From: Microthrixaceae bacterium
GTDB lineage: Bacteria; Actinomycetota; Acidimicrobiia; Acidimicrobiales; VFJN01
Direction of reading: 5' to 3'
Length of the DNA: 64,000 bases
NCBI GenBank assembly: GCA_052386335.1
Contig: JBQTKH010000009.1
Span: 1,842 to 65,841, forward strand
The translations under genes and the position numbers were made by a program. Positions 39,486-49,749 of the stretch are shown piece after piece. A model generated the notes under the pieces. That model was not told the DNA's origin. It saw nothing but the letters and a program-made list of their open reading frames with translations, and made no database searches. Every line of letters begins with the position of its first letter. Position 1 is the first letter of the stretch.

Positions 39486-40673
39486 ATGCAAGGGGCAACC
39501 GCGTACGACCCGTGGGCGGCCGGCGTCATCGCCGATCCGTATCCGTTCTATGAGGACTTGCGGGCTCGCGGGGGTTGCATCCCGATCGCGGGGCGCGACA
39601 TGTGGGTGGTGCCCCGCTACGACGACGTCGTCGGTGTTCTCCGCGACCCGGTGACCTTCACGTCCAGCGCGGGGGTCAGCCGGCAACCAGCGCCAAAGCC
39701 AAGCGGTTGGATCGGGGAGGACCCACCCACCCACACCGAGACCCGACGGTTGGCGCAGCCTGTCCTGTCCCGCGCTGGGCTGGCCCACCACGAGACGACG
39801 CTCGAGGATGGCGTCGACGCGCTGGTGAGCGAGTGGGTTCACGCCGGGGGTGGGGATGTGGTGCCCCTCGCCAATCAGATCGCAACTGCTGCGGTCTGTC
39901 GCATCATCGGTCTTCCCGAGGCCCTCGACGACATGGTGGCCATGTCCGAGGAGGTGTTCCGGGACATCTCCGCCGTGGACCTCCCGACGCGGGATGGCCC
40001 CACCGAGGCACAGTTCGCGGTGGGCTTCCCAGCCAGCGAGTTCATCGAGGGTGCCCGCCATTCCGGTGAGGTGCCGGCCGACACCATCGTGGCCACCGTC
40101 ATCGAGCACGCCGGCGAACGGATCGGTCTGAGCGAGCTGGATGGTCTTGGACGCGTGGCTTACGCCATGACGCTGATCGGTCCAGGGATCGAGACCACGC
40201 GCACGATGTTGAGCCACGCCATCGGGCTGGCCGCGCGGCACCCCGACCAGTGGTCCCTGGTGGTGGACGGCACGGTGCCGCCGGACGCCTACGTGAACGA
40301 GGTCTTGCGGTTCGAGGCTCCCATCCAAGGGTTCTTCCGCGGCACGTCGCGGGCTGCTGATCTCGCCGGCACGGCGCTGCCCGTCGGGGCCCGACTGCTG
40401 TGTCTGTTCGGCTCGGCCAACCGCGACGAACGGCAGTTTGATCGCCCGGACGTGTTCGACCCGGGGCGGGACGACGCTGGTGGTCACCTCTCCTTCGGCT
40501 TCGGCATCCATCGCTGCGTTGGCGCCTGGCTGGCCCTGGCCGAGGGCATCGCGGCTGTGCAGTCGCTGGCCAGGCGGGTGGCCGAGTTTGAGATCGTCGA
40601 GTCTGTCCGCCAGCCCGACGTGGCGCTGTTGCGGAGCTGGCAACGCCTCGAGGTCAGCGTGACGTCCCGCTGA
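39486..40673 (+). CDS. Cytochrome P450
   Basis: DPYPFY, DPPTH, EVLR, SANRD, FGFGIHRCVG. Confidence 0.95.
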   Translation: MQGATAYDPWAAGVIADPYPFYEDLRARGGCIPIAGRDMWVVPRYDDVVGVLRDPVTFTSSAGVSRQPAPKPSGWIGEDPPTHTETRRLAQPVLSRAGLAHHETTLEDGVDALVSEWVHAGGGDVVPLANQIATAAVCRIIGLPEALDDMVAMSEEVFRDISAVDLPTRDGPTEAQFAVGFPASEFIEGARHSGEVPADTIVATVIEHAGERIGLSELDGLGRVAYAMTLIGPGIETTRTMLSHAIGLAARHPDQWSLVVDGTVPPDAYVNEVLRFEAPIQGFFRGTSRAADLAGTALPVGARLLCLFGSANRDERQFDRPDVFDPGRDDAGGHLSFGFGIHRCVGAWLALAEGIAAVQSLARRVAEFEIVESVRQPDVALLRSWQRLEVSVTSR

Positions 40674-41442
40674 CGGGAGGTTCTGTCCTCGTTGCAGCAA
40701 TGGTGCCCTTGAGGGGATCGCGGCGGGTGATGCAGTAGCGGTGGCCCGATGGGTCGCGCAGCACGGTCCAGAGCACTTCTTCGATCTCCACCTCCGCACC
40801 GGCAGCGACATGGTCGGCCACGACGTCGTCGACTTGCTCCCCGGCGGCCAAGTCCAGGTGACCCGTTGTCGGACCGTCACTCTGGTCGAGGCGTTGGAAC
40901 AGCAGTCGCATTGGCATGCCGTCGGGGCGAGCGAGGCTCGTGAACTCCGGCCGGACCGTCGAGGTCGTGGCGGGCCAGCCGAGCAGCCCGGCCCAGAAGC
41001 GCACCTCAGCGTCGAGGTGGTCCGAGGCGATGTCGAGGCACACCTGATCGAGTCTGCTCATCGCTCCGCTCGGACCAGCAACGGGGGCGGACGGCGTGGC
41101 CTCGCCATGCCAGTCGACGATGCACCACGTATGACCGCCAGGTGACCGCAGGACGTGGACAGGATCATCGTCGAGCAGCGTCGCTCCGAGATCGATCGCG
41201 TCGTCGACCAGACGTGGGATCTCGTCGGTGTGGAGATCCAGGTGCGTGCCACCGCGTCCATGGTCGACTCGCTGCACTCGGATGTGTGGATTGCCCTCGC
41301 CCGGAAGCAGGGCTGCAAACTGCCCGCGGTCTCCCCGGGTTGGCGAACGGGTGGTGCCCGTCACCCGCTGCCAGAAGTCCGTCGCGACACCAACGGTGGC
41401 TTCCGGGCGGTCGATGAACACCGTCAGCCAGCGCACAGTCAT
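40654..41442 (-). CDS. Tandem VOC/glyoxalase-like protein
   Basis: Two HLDL...LR(S/D)P(G/S)GH repeats. Confidence 0.9.
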   Translation of the reverse strand: MTVRWLTVFIDRPEATVGVATDFWQRVTGTTRSPTRGDRGQFAALLPGEGNPHIRVQRVDHGRGGTHLDLHTDEIPRLVDDAIDLGATLLDDDPVHVLRSPGGHTWCIVDWHGEATPSAPVAGPSGAMSRLDQVCLDIASDHLDAEVRFWAGLLGWPATTSTVRPEFTSLARPDGMPMRLLFQRLDQSDGPTTGHLDLAAGEQVDDVVADHVAAGAEVEIEEVLWTVLRDPSGHRYCITRRDPLKGTIAATRTEPPVSGTSR

Positions 41443-41499
41443 GCGGCGAGGCTACGAGCACCCCGGGATGCCTGCGGCGAGGGGAGCGCTGGCCGATGT

Positions 41500-42279
41500 C
41501 TAAGAACCGGCTGACAAGGAGTTGAGCACCGCGACCTCTGGGAACGTCGCCGGCGCGCCGTAGCCGTGCTCAACCAGCCAGCGGATCGCCATCAAGCTTC
41601 GCAACGACCAGTACGCGCGGATCACGTCGAACTCGACGTCCCCGCCGTAGCCCGCGGCGACATCGTCGAGGTGCTCCTCGTGTGCGAGCGTCAGGCTGGC
41701 GAGGTCATACATCGCATCGCCCTGACCACCCTCGGACCAGTCCACGACGCCGCTCACCTCGTCACCGTCGACGAACACATGAACGATCTGCAGGTCGCCG
41801 TGGATGAACACCGGCGTCCATGGCCGCAGCGCCGCCTCCGCGACCCGACGATTGCGCCTGACAACCTCGGCGGACACGACATCGTTGGCGACGAGCCACT
41901 CACACTCCGAGTCGAGCAGTGGCGGGAATCCGACCGTGCCCCGACTGCTGAGAGCGGGCTGCTGCTGACACTGGCTGCTGGGCCAGGGCGGCAGCGAAGC
42001 GTCGTGCAGTGTGCGGACGGCGGCACCCGCTGCAACCCACGCCGCCGAAGATGCATGCGACGGCTCGTTCAGCACGCCGAGTGCCGTTCCAGGAACTGCC
42101 GCGAGGGCGAGCACCGGAGGCTTGCGCCAAAGGATCTCCGGGGTGGGGATGGGTGCCCTCGCCATGACCTCGAGCTCTCGGTCGATGCGCGCTTGGTCCG
42201 TGTCGATCTTCAGGAACACCTCGCCGACGCGCAGCGTCACGCGCTCCGAATGCGCGACAACGACCTCGATCTCCCGCAT
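41500..42279 (-). CDS. APH-like phosphotransferase
   Basis: FIHGDLQIVH, VVDW, GDAMYDLA. Confidence 0.9.
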   Translation of the reverse strand: MREIEVVVAHSERVTLRVGEVFLKIDTDQARIDRELEVMARAPIPTPEILWRKPPVLALAAVPGTALGVLNEPSHASSAAWVAAGAAVRTLHDASLPPWPSSQCQQQPALSSRGTVGFPPLLDSECEWLVANDVVSAEVVRRNRRVAEAALRPWTPVFIHGDLQIVHVFVDGDEVSGVVDWSEGGQGDAMYDLASLTLAHEEHLDDVAAGYGGDVEFDVIRAYWSLRSLMAIRWLVEHGYGAPATFPEVAVLNSLSAGS

Positions 42280-42519
42280 GCTGTCGATCATTGCCGCGGG
42301 CCACCGACCGCGCCGAGGAGTTTGAGTGGCGCGAGCGGGTGCGGGCGTGGTTCCAGCACGTCGTGCGCATCGAGACGGCGCGCTGCTCAAACCGGAGCAT
42401 CCGGCATCGCCGCACTAAGCCTGCGGGATATTGAGCGCGCGATAGGAAACGGCCGTGGGCCAGGCTGAGCGGAGCTCGTGAGCTTCGCTGCGCTTGGTCA
42501 GCATGGGAGGGGGTCCAGG

Positions 42520-43209
42520 ATGGGCGTGAGAAACGGTGATGGTGGCGGGTTCGTCGTCATGCTTTCGGATGGCACCGTTGCGTTGCGTCCGTGGTCGCGT
42601 GAAGACGCCTGGTTCATGACGGAGGCGAACGCGGACCCCGACATCCAGCGCTACAACGGGGCGCTCGATCGCTTCGGGTATCCCGCGCCATCGATGTCGG
42701 CCAGGGATGCCGAGCGGGTCATCGCGGAGTTCGACGCGAGTTGGAAGGCGTTCGAAACAACGGGAACTCCCGGGCCGGGCGCGGCCTTCGCGATCGTTGA
42801 TGCCACCTCCGGGGACCTGCTCGGATGCTGCGGTCTCGATGACTGGTCGGAGACCGACGTCGTCCAGTTCGGATACTGGATCAGCCCGCATGCGCGAGGA
42901 CGTGGTCGCGCTACGCGAGCGGCGACGCTTCTCACGCGCTGGCTGTTCGAGTTGGGAGCTGCTCGCGTGGTCTTGAAGATCGTCGAGGGAAACGCCGCGT
43001 CAGCGGCGGTCGCTCGGCGTGCGGGGTTCGTCCACGAGGGAACGATGCGTTCGCATGGCGTCTGGCAAGGCGAGCGATGCGACGTCATGTTATTCGCTGC
43101 GCTCGCGATCGAATGGACTCCCAGCGTTCGCGAGGAAGGTTCGCGCCGACCCGGGTTCCGGCCAGAGCGATCGGTGGGACCGCCAGCAACGGTCCGCTTT
43201 GGCGACTAG
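42520..43209 (+). CDS. GNAT N-acetyltransferase (RimJ/RimL type)
   Basis: FGYWISPHARGRG, NAASAAVARRAGFVHEG. Confidence 0.9.
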   Translation: MGVRNGDGGGFVVMLSDGTVALRPWSREDAWFMTEANADPDIQRYNGALDRFGYPAPSMSARDAERVIAEFDASWKAFETTGTPGPGAAFAIVDATSGDLLGCCGLDDWSETDVVQFGYWISPHARGRGRATRAATLLTRWLFELGAARVVLKIVEGNAASAAVARRAGFVHEGTMRSHGVWQGERCDVMLFAALAIEWTPSVREEGSRRPGFRPERSVGPPATVRFGD

Positions 43210-43883
43210 GAACGTTCGGCGCCGTCCCTGCGGGCGAGCTCGCTCCGCCGCCAACCTTCCGGGGTATCGCAGACGACGACACCGCGAGTGCGGAGCTGCT
43301 GAAGTTGCCGGGTGACGTCGATGTCGGCCGGGTGTTCGTCGCTCGGGTCGTACAACGCGAGGCGGGTCGCCGCGAGGGAGAGGGGCACGACGACCGGTAC
43401 TCGACCTGCGAAGCGCTCGACACATGAGGTGGCCGTCGCGGCTACGCACGCCGACAGCCAGAAGCCCGAGATGATCACGGCGTCGACCTGGCCCACCATT
43501 GCCTCGGTTGCGTCGACGAAGCCTTGACAGGAACCAGCGTCCATGGACGTCTTTGTCACCACAAGTGCGCCTGGCGGAGGGGCCAACCGCTGGTCCCAGA
43601 CGCAATCGTCGCCCGTAGGGTCACTGCACAGCCGAGCGAGCGGGTGGTCGAGGTCTCCGTCGCTGAACTGCCCAGGCGCGTACAGCGACCTGATCCACAC
43701 CGTTGGACCTGAATGGGCAGCAACGAAGGTAGCGAGCCGCTCGACGGTCTCGAGGATCACGCTGAACTGATTGGCAGGGTGGATCTGCCCGATCCGCCCG
43801 GTCGGGTCAGTGAACGCGCGCACAGGGTCGACCACGACAAGGCCGAACCGGTCGGTCTGGCGACCCAGCTGCGTCTCCGCCAC
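43206..43883 (-). CDS. Isochorismatase-like cysteine hydrolase
   Basis: LVVVD, VVTK, SGFWLSACVAATA (D-K-C triad). Confidence 0.75.
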   Translation of the reverse strand: MAETQLGRQTDRFGLVVVDPVRAFTDPTGRIGQIHPANQFSVILETVERLATFVAAHSGPTVWIRSLYAPGQFSDGDLDHPLARLCSDPTGDDCVWDQRLAPPPGALVVTKTSMDAGSCQGFVDATEAMVGQVDAVIISGFWLSACVAATATSCVERFAGRVPVVVPLSLAATRLALYDPSDEHPADIDVTRQLQQLRTRGVVVCDTPEGWRRSELARRDGAERS

Positions 43884-44022
43884 GAACGCGACCGTAGGCC
43901 AGCGCTGGACGCCGAGGAGGTTCCAGCCGGCACCAGGTCCACCGGGTCGCCACCGACTTCCAGCCTGCGCAACCGTCTGGCGACGTGGTGTCGACGGTCG
44001 CGGGATTCGAGACCGGTGAATG

Positions 44023-44356
44023 CTACGGCGTCGAGTGGCCGTCGGTTTCGTGATGGATGTGGGCGTGTTGGCCGTCGCGGTTCAAGATCATGATGAGCTC
44101 GGCCGGGCCGCCGATGGCTGCGAATGCGTGTGGCGTCATGGTGCGGAACTCGGCAGCTTCGCCGGCCTCGACGAGGATCTCGCGGTCGCCGAGCGACAGG
44201 CGCACTCGCCCGTCGAGGACGAAGAACCAGTCGTGACCGGGGTGGACCCGTTGCTGTGGCTTTCTGCGTGTCGGTTCGAGTCGCATCTTGATCGCGATGG
44301 CATTGCCGGTCGGCCGGCTCAGCCTCCAGGTCGTGCGCTTGCCCGAGGTGCTCGGT
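44023..44356 (-). pseudogene. XRE-cupin regulator lacking its N-terminal HTH
   Basis: Cupin HPGHDWFFVLDG...AEFRTMTPH; in-frame TGA just upstream at ~44360. Confidence 0.7.
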
Positions 44357-45620
44357 GATCACTCGGCGGGTGCTTGCCGCCACCGGTCTGGTCGACGAGC
44401 TCCCCGACATCGACGGCCTTGCCGAACACTGGGGCGGCGACGTCATCCATTGCCCGTTCTGTCACGGCTTCGAGGTCCGGGACCGGCGCATCGTCCAGAT
44501 CGTCACCCACCCGATGGGTCTCCATCCCGCCGGGTTGTTCCGTCAGCTGAGCGCCCGGTTCACGCTGGTGCTGCACGACGGCGTCTACGCCGACAACTCC
44601 GCGGTCGGGGCCATGCGAGCCGCCGGGGTGGACGTCGTCGACGGTCGCGTCCAGAGCATCGTCACGGGCGCGGACGGGCACCTCGGGGCGGTCGAGCTGA
44701 CCGACGGCGCCCGCATCGAGGCCGACGCGGTCGTGGTCGGCACCCGGTTCCGGGTGCGCGCCGAACCCTTCGCATCGCTCGGTCTCCAGCCAGCGGAGCA
44801 CCCGACCGGACTCGGCGATTTCGTCGAGACGGACGCGACGGGGGCGACGGCAGTTCCGGGGCTCTACGCGGCTGGCAACGTGACCGACCCCAGCCAACAG
44901 GTGCTGCAGGCCGCCGCCGACGGCAGTCGAGTCGGCGGCATGATCAGCTTCAGCCTCGCCGACGAGGACATCCAGGCCGCCGCCCGACCATCGGCCAACG
45001 AGGCCGACTGGGATCACCGCTACGGGGGCGACCAGATGTGGAGCGGCAATCCGAACGGCACGCTCGTCAGCGAGATCAACGGCCTCAGCCCCGGCCGCGC
45101 CCTTGACGTCGGCGCTGGCGAGGGCGGCGACGCGCTCTGGCTGGCCGAACAGGGGTGGAGCGTGACCGCGACGGACATCTCACCGCGGGCGCTGGCTCGC
45201 GTCGCGGCGGAGGTCGAGCGCCGCGGCGCAAACGTCGAGTGCCGGCATGCGGATGCGAACGCCCTCGACGCCTTCGAGGTCGGAGCGTTCGAGCTCGTGT
45301 CGGCCCAGTACGCATCGATCCCCCGCACTCCCGACCAGCGCGCCGTCCGCAACCTGATGAACGCGGTCGCTCCCGGCGGCACACTGCTCGTGGTCAGCCA
45401 CGACCTCGAGCCCATGCGTGAACCCATCGACGCGCTCGCCCACAGTCGTCCCTTCGACCCGGACGCCTACGTGCGGGTCGATGAGTTTGCAGCCGCGTTG
45501 GGCAGCTCACTGGCATGGGACATCGAAGTCCACGAAACGCGACCCCGACCGGCCGGAGCCGCCTCCGCCGCCCACCACGTCGACGACGTCGTGCTGCGGG
45601 CCCGACGCCGCGCCAGCTGA
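44355..45620 (+). pseudogene. TrxB-like oxidoreductase-SAM methyltransferase fusion, 5' truncated
   Basis: Starts at the ATG motif (VLAATG), CPFCHG, GLYAAGN, then LDVGAGEG; no N-terminal GxGxxG FAD motif. Confidence 0.75.
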
Positions 45621-45682
45621 CGAGACCCCGCGTTCGATGCATGACCCATGCCAGACGTCGGCTCGGCGATGCGGTTCTCGCG

Positions 45683-46270
45683 TCAGCGTGCTTGTGCGAC
45701 CTCGGTGTGGTCGGAAGTGCGCGGGGTGAGGAGCCCGGCGACGAGGAACCCGATGGCACCGAACATGGCGAGGGTTCCGATGATCGCGAGCACCGTCTCT
45801 CTGACGGTCCACGTATCGCCGATCAGCAGGCTGTAGACGACGTAGGAGATGACGAAGACCCCAGCAAGGATGGCGCCGATCCTCAGTCGACGGTGTCGGA
45901 GCTCGGAGTCCGGGACCCGGAGAGCGCGGGCGAGGGTGGTGCGCTGAGTGACGGCGAACGCCACGGCGGCGACGATGAGGACCATGCCGGGGCCGACGCC
46001 GGTCATCACGCTGGCGAACCCGGCGGCGGCCAGAACGCCGATGGTGATGTTGATGGCGATGGCGCTGTGCTGTTCGGTCATGATTCGCTCCAGGTGGTAC
46101 CGGGGGATGGTGATGGCGAGATCGAGGCTGGTGCGGGCCCATGCCGCCCGCGCGCCGCGGTCGGCGGCCAAGTCCGCGAAGTGCTGCACGAGGTCGTCTC
46201 CGTACTCGCGGCGGAAGGCGCTTGGGTAAAGGCGGACCAGCGACGGGTACAGCCGGTGTGCGCCGGCCAT
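45683..46270 (-). CDS. PadR-associated membrane protein
   Basis: LYPSAFRREYGD N-terminal motif plus four TM. Confidence 0.8.
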   Translation of the reverse strand: MAGAHRLYPSLVRLYPSAFRREYGDDLVQHFADLAADRGARAAWARTSLDLAITIPRYHLERIMTEQHSAIAINITIGVLAAAGFASVMTGVGPGMVLIVAAVAFAVTQRTTLARALRVPDSELRHRRLRIGAILAGVFVISYVVYSLLIGDTWTVRETVLAIIGTLAMFGAIGFLVAGLLTPRTSDHTEVAQAR

Positions 46271-46272
46271 GG

Positions 46273-46623
46273 TCAGGACAGACCCGGGCGCAAGTTGGCC
46301 CTCGTCATCCGCACAAGCCCGGCAAGCCGGTTGGCCTCCGCCGTGCACACGCGCTCACCCAAGCCGGTGAGACGGTAGTAACGACGACGCTGGTCATCGC
46401 CTGGCGCCGGAGGGCGGGCAAGCTCCTCGGCGAGGCCTTGGTCGACGAGGCGCTTCAGCGTTCCGTAGAGGGTGGCGGGCCCCATCCTCACGATCCCGTT
46501 GGAGGAGTCCTCGACCGCTTGCATGATCGCGTAGCCGTGACGCTCCCCGTCGGTGAGGGCGACGAGCACGTGGAGCTGCGCCTGCGGCAACGGGAGGAAC
46601 GAGGATGGGTCGGGGAGCTCCAT
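46273..46623 (-). CDS. PadR family transcriptional regulator
   Basis: HGYAI, GPATLYGTLKRL, RRRYYRLTGLG. Confidence 0.95.
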   Translation of the reverse strand: MELPDPSSFLPLPQAQLHVLVALTDGERHGYAIMQAVEDSSNGIVRMGPATLYGTLKRLVDQGLAEELARPPAPGDDQRRRYYRLTGLGERVCTAEANRLAGLVRMTRANLRPGLS

Positions 46624-46630
46624 GGCTCTT

Positions 46631-46666
46631 CTCTATCATATTGAGATATAGTGTCAAGCGATAGAG
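46631..46666. promoter_or_regulatory. AT-rich inverted repeat, putative PadR operator/promoter
   Basis: CTCTATC...GATAGAG enclosing minus-strand TTGACA and TATGAT. Confidence 0.4.
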
Positions 46667-46831
46667 CGCGAGTCGGGGACGAGCGGATGTGACATCGGCC
46701 CCACCCGCTGGTTCACCTGGAACTGACCCCGCGCGCCCACGCCGGCGGCTCGTCGTAGTTGGTTGCCTCGGCGGCTCTCTCCTAGCGTCACGGGTGTTCC
46801 ACGGCTGCCCATGCAGGAGACGCTCGCCTCG

Positions 46832-47350
46832 ATGACCACGCATGATCGTCCCTTCGGTCGTCACCTCGAAGACTTCACCGTCGGCGACGTCTACAAGCAC
46901 TGGCCCGGCAAGACGATCACCGAGTACGACGACCATCTGTTCTGCATGATCACGATGAACCACCACCCGTTGCACACCAACGCCTGGTTCGCGGAGAACG
47001 AGACCGTGCAGGGCACGAACGTGGTGGTCGGCAACCTCGTGTACTCGCTCGTGCTCGGCATGAGCGTGCCCGACGTGAGCGGGGCTGCCATCGCCAACCT
47101 CGAGATCGAGTCGCTCCTCCATCCCAAGCCCACGTTCCACGGCGACACCATCTACGCCGTCACCCAGGTGCTCGACGTGAAGGAGACCTCCAAGGGCGAC
47201 CGCGGGATCGTCACCGTGGAGACCAAGGGCGTCAACCAGCGCGGCGAAGAGGTCTGCTACTTCCGGCGCAAGCTGATGGTGTGGAAGCGCGACCATGCGC
47301 CGCACCGGGCCTTCCCCTCCGACGACGCCTCGATCTTCAGCGGCGAGTGA
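46832..47350 (+). CDS. MaoC family dehydratase
   Basis: GRHLEDF, TITEYDD..F..ITMNHHPLH, PTFHGDT. Confidence 0.9.
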   Translation: MTTHDRPFGRHLEDFTVGDVYKHWPGKTITEYDDHLFCMITMNHHPLHTNAWFAENETVQGTNVVVGNLVYSLVLGMSVPDVSGAAIANLEIESLLHPKPTFHGDTIYAVTQVLDVKETSKGDRGIVTVETKGVNQRGEEVCYFRRKLMVWKRDHAPHRAFPSDDASIFSGE

Positions 47351-48144
47351 GGTCGGTGCGGCGCGGGACCCGGCGTGCGTTGCTGAGCGCGGCCGCTGTG
47401 CCCGTCGTGGCGGTGGCGGTGCTCGGCGCCGAGGTGCAGCTGGCGCGCATCGGTCCCGACCTGCCTGACGACACGCCGCTCGATCACGACGGGCACGTCG
47501 GTGGTGCCGGCCCCGCGCTGCGGATGGTGTGGCTGGGCGACTCCACCGCTGCCGGCGTCGGTGCCAGCTCCGCTCGCCTCGCGATCCCGAGGCGCGTCGC
47601 CGCCGAGCTCGATCGCCCGGTCGAGCTCACGAACCTCGCGGTGTCCGGCGCCCGGGTCCGCGACGTCGTCGACGACCAGCTGCCGCGCCTCGATGCCCTC
47701 CGGCCCGACGTCGTGCTCGTCAGCATCGGCGCGAACGACGTGACCCACCTCACCTCCCGAGCGGACTTCCGCCGCACCTATGAGCGCATGCTCACCGCCA
47801 TCCCCGACGATGCGCTGATCGTGCTGCTCGGCGTGCCGGACATGGGCGCGCCCACACGACTCGCCCAACCGCTGCGGGCGATCGCCGGGCTCCGAGGTCG
47901 CCAGCTCGACGAGGTGGTGCGGACGCTGGCGGGCGACCACGACGCCGAGTACGTCGACATCGCGGGGGAGACCGGGCCCACGATGCGGTCGGACACCGCC
48001 CGGTACTTTGCCGCCGACCGCTATCACCCGAGCGACGACGGCTATGCCCTCTGGGCGGCTGCCGTGCTCGAGGTGCTCGAGGCGGTCCAGGTGCTCGAGC
48101 CCCCGCGCCCGGCCGACAAGGCGGTGGTCGATGCCGGTCGATGA
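47347..48144 (+). CDS. SGNH/GDSL hydrolase
   Basis: LGDS, IGAND, DRYHP. Confidence 0.92.
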   Translation: MRSVRRGTRRALLSAAAVPVVAVAVLGAEVQLARIGPDLPDDTPLDHDGHVGGAGPALRMVWLGDSTAAGVGASSARLAIPRRVAAELDRPVELTNLAVSGARVRDVVDDQLPRLDALRPDVVLVSIGANDVTHLTSRADFRRTYERMLTAIPDDALIVLLGVPDMGAPTRLAQPLRAIAGLRGRQLDEVVRTLAGDHDAEYVDIAGETGPTMRSDTARYFAADRYHPSDDGYALWAAAVLEVLEAVQVLEPPRPADKAVVDAGR

Positions 48145-48880
48145 CGTGGCCGCTCGTGGGTTCGAGGCCGGCGCCGCCGCCTACGAGGCTGCCCGGCCGG
48201 GGTATCCCGACGACGCCGTCGCGGTCCTGCGGGACGAGGTGGGCATCGGCCTGGGGACCACGGTCGTCGACCTGGCCGCGGGAACCGGCAAGCTGACACG
48301 GCGGCTCGTCGAGCTGGGCGCGTCGGTCACTGCCGTCGAGCCGGTCGCCGGGATGCGTCACCAGCTCGCCAGCGTGCTTCCCGACGTCACGATCCTCGAC
48401 GGCACAGCGGAGCAGATCCCGCTGGGTGACGCGTCAGCCGACGTGGTCACCGTCGCGCAGGCCTTTCACTGGTTCGACGCGCCGGCGGCCCTCGACGAGG
48501 TGGCGCGCGTGCTTCGTCCCGGCGGCTCCCTGGTGCTCCTCTGGAACGAGCGTGACGAATCCACCCCGTGGGTCGCCGAGATGAGCCGGCTCATCGCGTG
48601 GCACGAGCGAACCGTCTCCCGGTACCAGCACGTGAGCTGGCCCGACATCGTCGCCGCGTCCGGTCGATACTCACCGCTGAACGACCGAACCATCCGTTGG
48701 GACCAGCCGATGACGCGCGAGCTGCTCGCGGAGCGCGTGCGGTCCATCAGCTACATCGCAGCGATGCCCATCCCTCAGCGCGAGAAGCTCGCCGCGGAGG
48801 TCACCTACCTGGCTCGCCGCATGGAGGAGCCCTTCCCCATGCCGTATGTCTGTCGCGTCCAGTGGGCGAGCCTGATCTGA
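48131..48880 (+). CDS. Class I SAM-dependent methyltransferase
   Basis: YEAARPGYP, DLAAGTGK, AQAFHWF. Confidence 0.92.
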   Translation: MPVDDVAARGFEAGAAAYEAARPGYPDDAVAVLRDEVGIGLGTTVVDLAAGTGKLTRRLVELGASVTAVEPVAGMRHQLASVLPDVTILDGTAEQIPLGDASADVVTVAQAFHWFDAPAALDEVARVLRPGGSLVLLWNERDESTPWVAEMSRLIAWHERTVSRYQHVSWPDIVAASGRYSPLNDRTIRWDQPMTRELLAERVRSISYIAAMPIPQREKLAAEVTYLARRMEEPFPMPYVCRVQWASLI

Positions 48881-49734
48881 GCCGATCCGCCGCCCTGCTC
48901 GCCTGGTGGCAGGGTCGGCGTCGAGACCTGCCGTGGCGCGCGACGCGCGACCCCTGGGCGGTGCTGGTGTGCGAGGTGATGGCACAGCAGACGCAGGTGG
49001 CGCGCGTGGCCGAGCGCTGGGCACCGTTTCTCGAACGGTTCCCGACCGCGACGGCGTGCGCTGACGCACCCATCGCAGAGGTGCTCCGCTGGTGGACGGG
49101 GATGGGCTACAACCGCCGGGCGCTCAACCTCCACCGTGCCGCCACCGTGGTGGTGGCACGTCACGGCGGCGAGCTGCCGGATGACCTCGACGCGCTGCTC
49201 GCCCTGCCCGGCGTCGGCCCGTACACGGCACGCGCAGTACTGGCCTTCGCATTCGAGGACGATCACGCCATCGTCGACACCAACACGGCAAGGGTGCTCG
49301 CTCGATGGGAGGGGCACCGGCTGACGTCCCGCGCGGCACAAGCGGCGGCCGATGAGGCGCTGCCCGCAGGTTCGTCGTGGGCGTGGAACCAGGCGATGCT
49401 CGATCTCGGCGCGACGGTGTGCACGCGGCGGTCTCCAACCTGCACCCTCTGCCCGGTGGTCGAGTGGTGCGGCTGGACCGGCGCCGGCAACCCGCTCCCA
49501 GACCCAGCCGATGGGTCGGCGGGAGTCTCAGTGGGTCAACCCCGCTTCGCCGGGAGCGACCGAGAGGGCCGCGGGCGTCTCGTCGAGGCGCTGCGAGCGG
49601 GTGCCGTTGAGCTCGCCGACGTGCCAGCGCGGGCCGGCTGGCCCGACGATCCGGCGCGGGCCCACCGCGTCGCCGCGCGCCTGGTTGCGGACGGCCTGGC
49701 CACGAGCGACGGGGCGCGCCTCCGCCTGCCCTGA
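48862..49734 (+). CDS. mutY: A/G-specific adenine glycosylase
   Basis: RDLPWR, EVMAQQT, LPGVGPYTA, VDTN, C-x6-C-x2-C-x5-C; start uncertain. Confidence 0.92.
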   Translation: MGEPDLSRSAALLAWWQGRRRDLPWRATRDPWAVLVCEVMAQQTQVARVAERWAPFLERFPTATACADAPIAEVLRWWTGMGYNRRALNLHRAATVVVARHGGELPDDLDALLALPGVGPYTARAVLAFAFEDDHAIVDTNTARVLARWEGHRLTSRAAQAAADEALPAGSSWAWNQAMLDLGATVCTRRSPTCTLCPVVEWCGWTGAGNPLPDPADGSAGVSVGQPRFAGSDREGRGRLVEALRAGAVELADVPARAGWPDDPARAHRVAARLVADGLATSDGARLRLP

Positions 49735-49749
49735 ACGACCGCTGGGGGC

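Noticed and set aside
34091-42279. APH-like kinases as aminoglycoside resistance genes
   Set aside because: Only generic kinase motifs; substrate cannot be inferred
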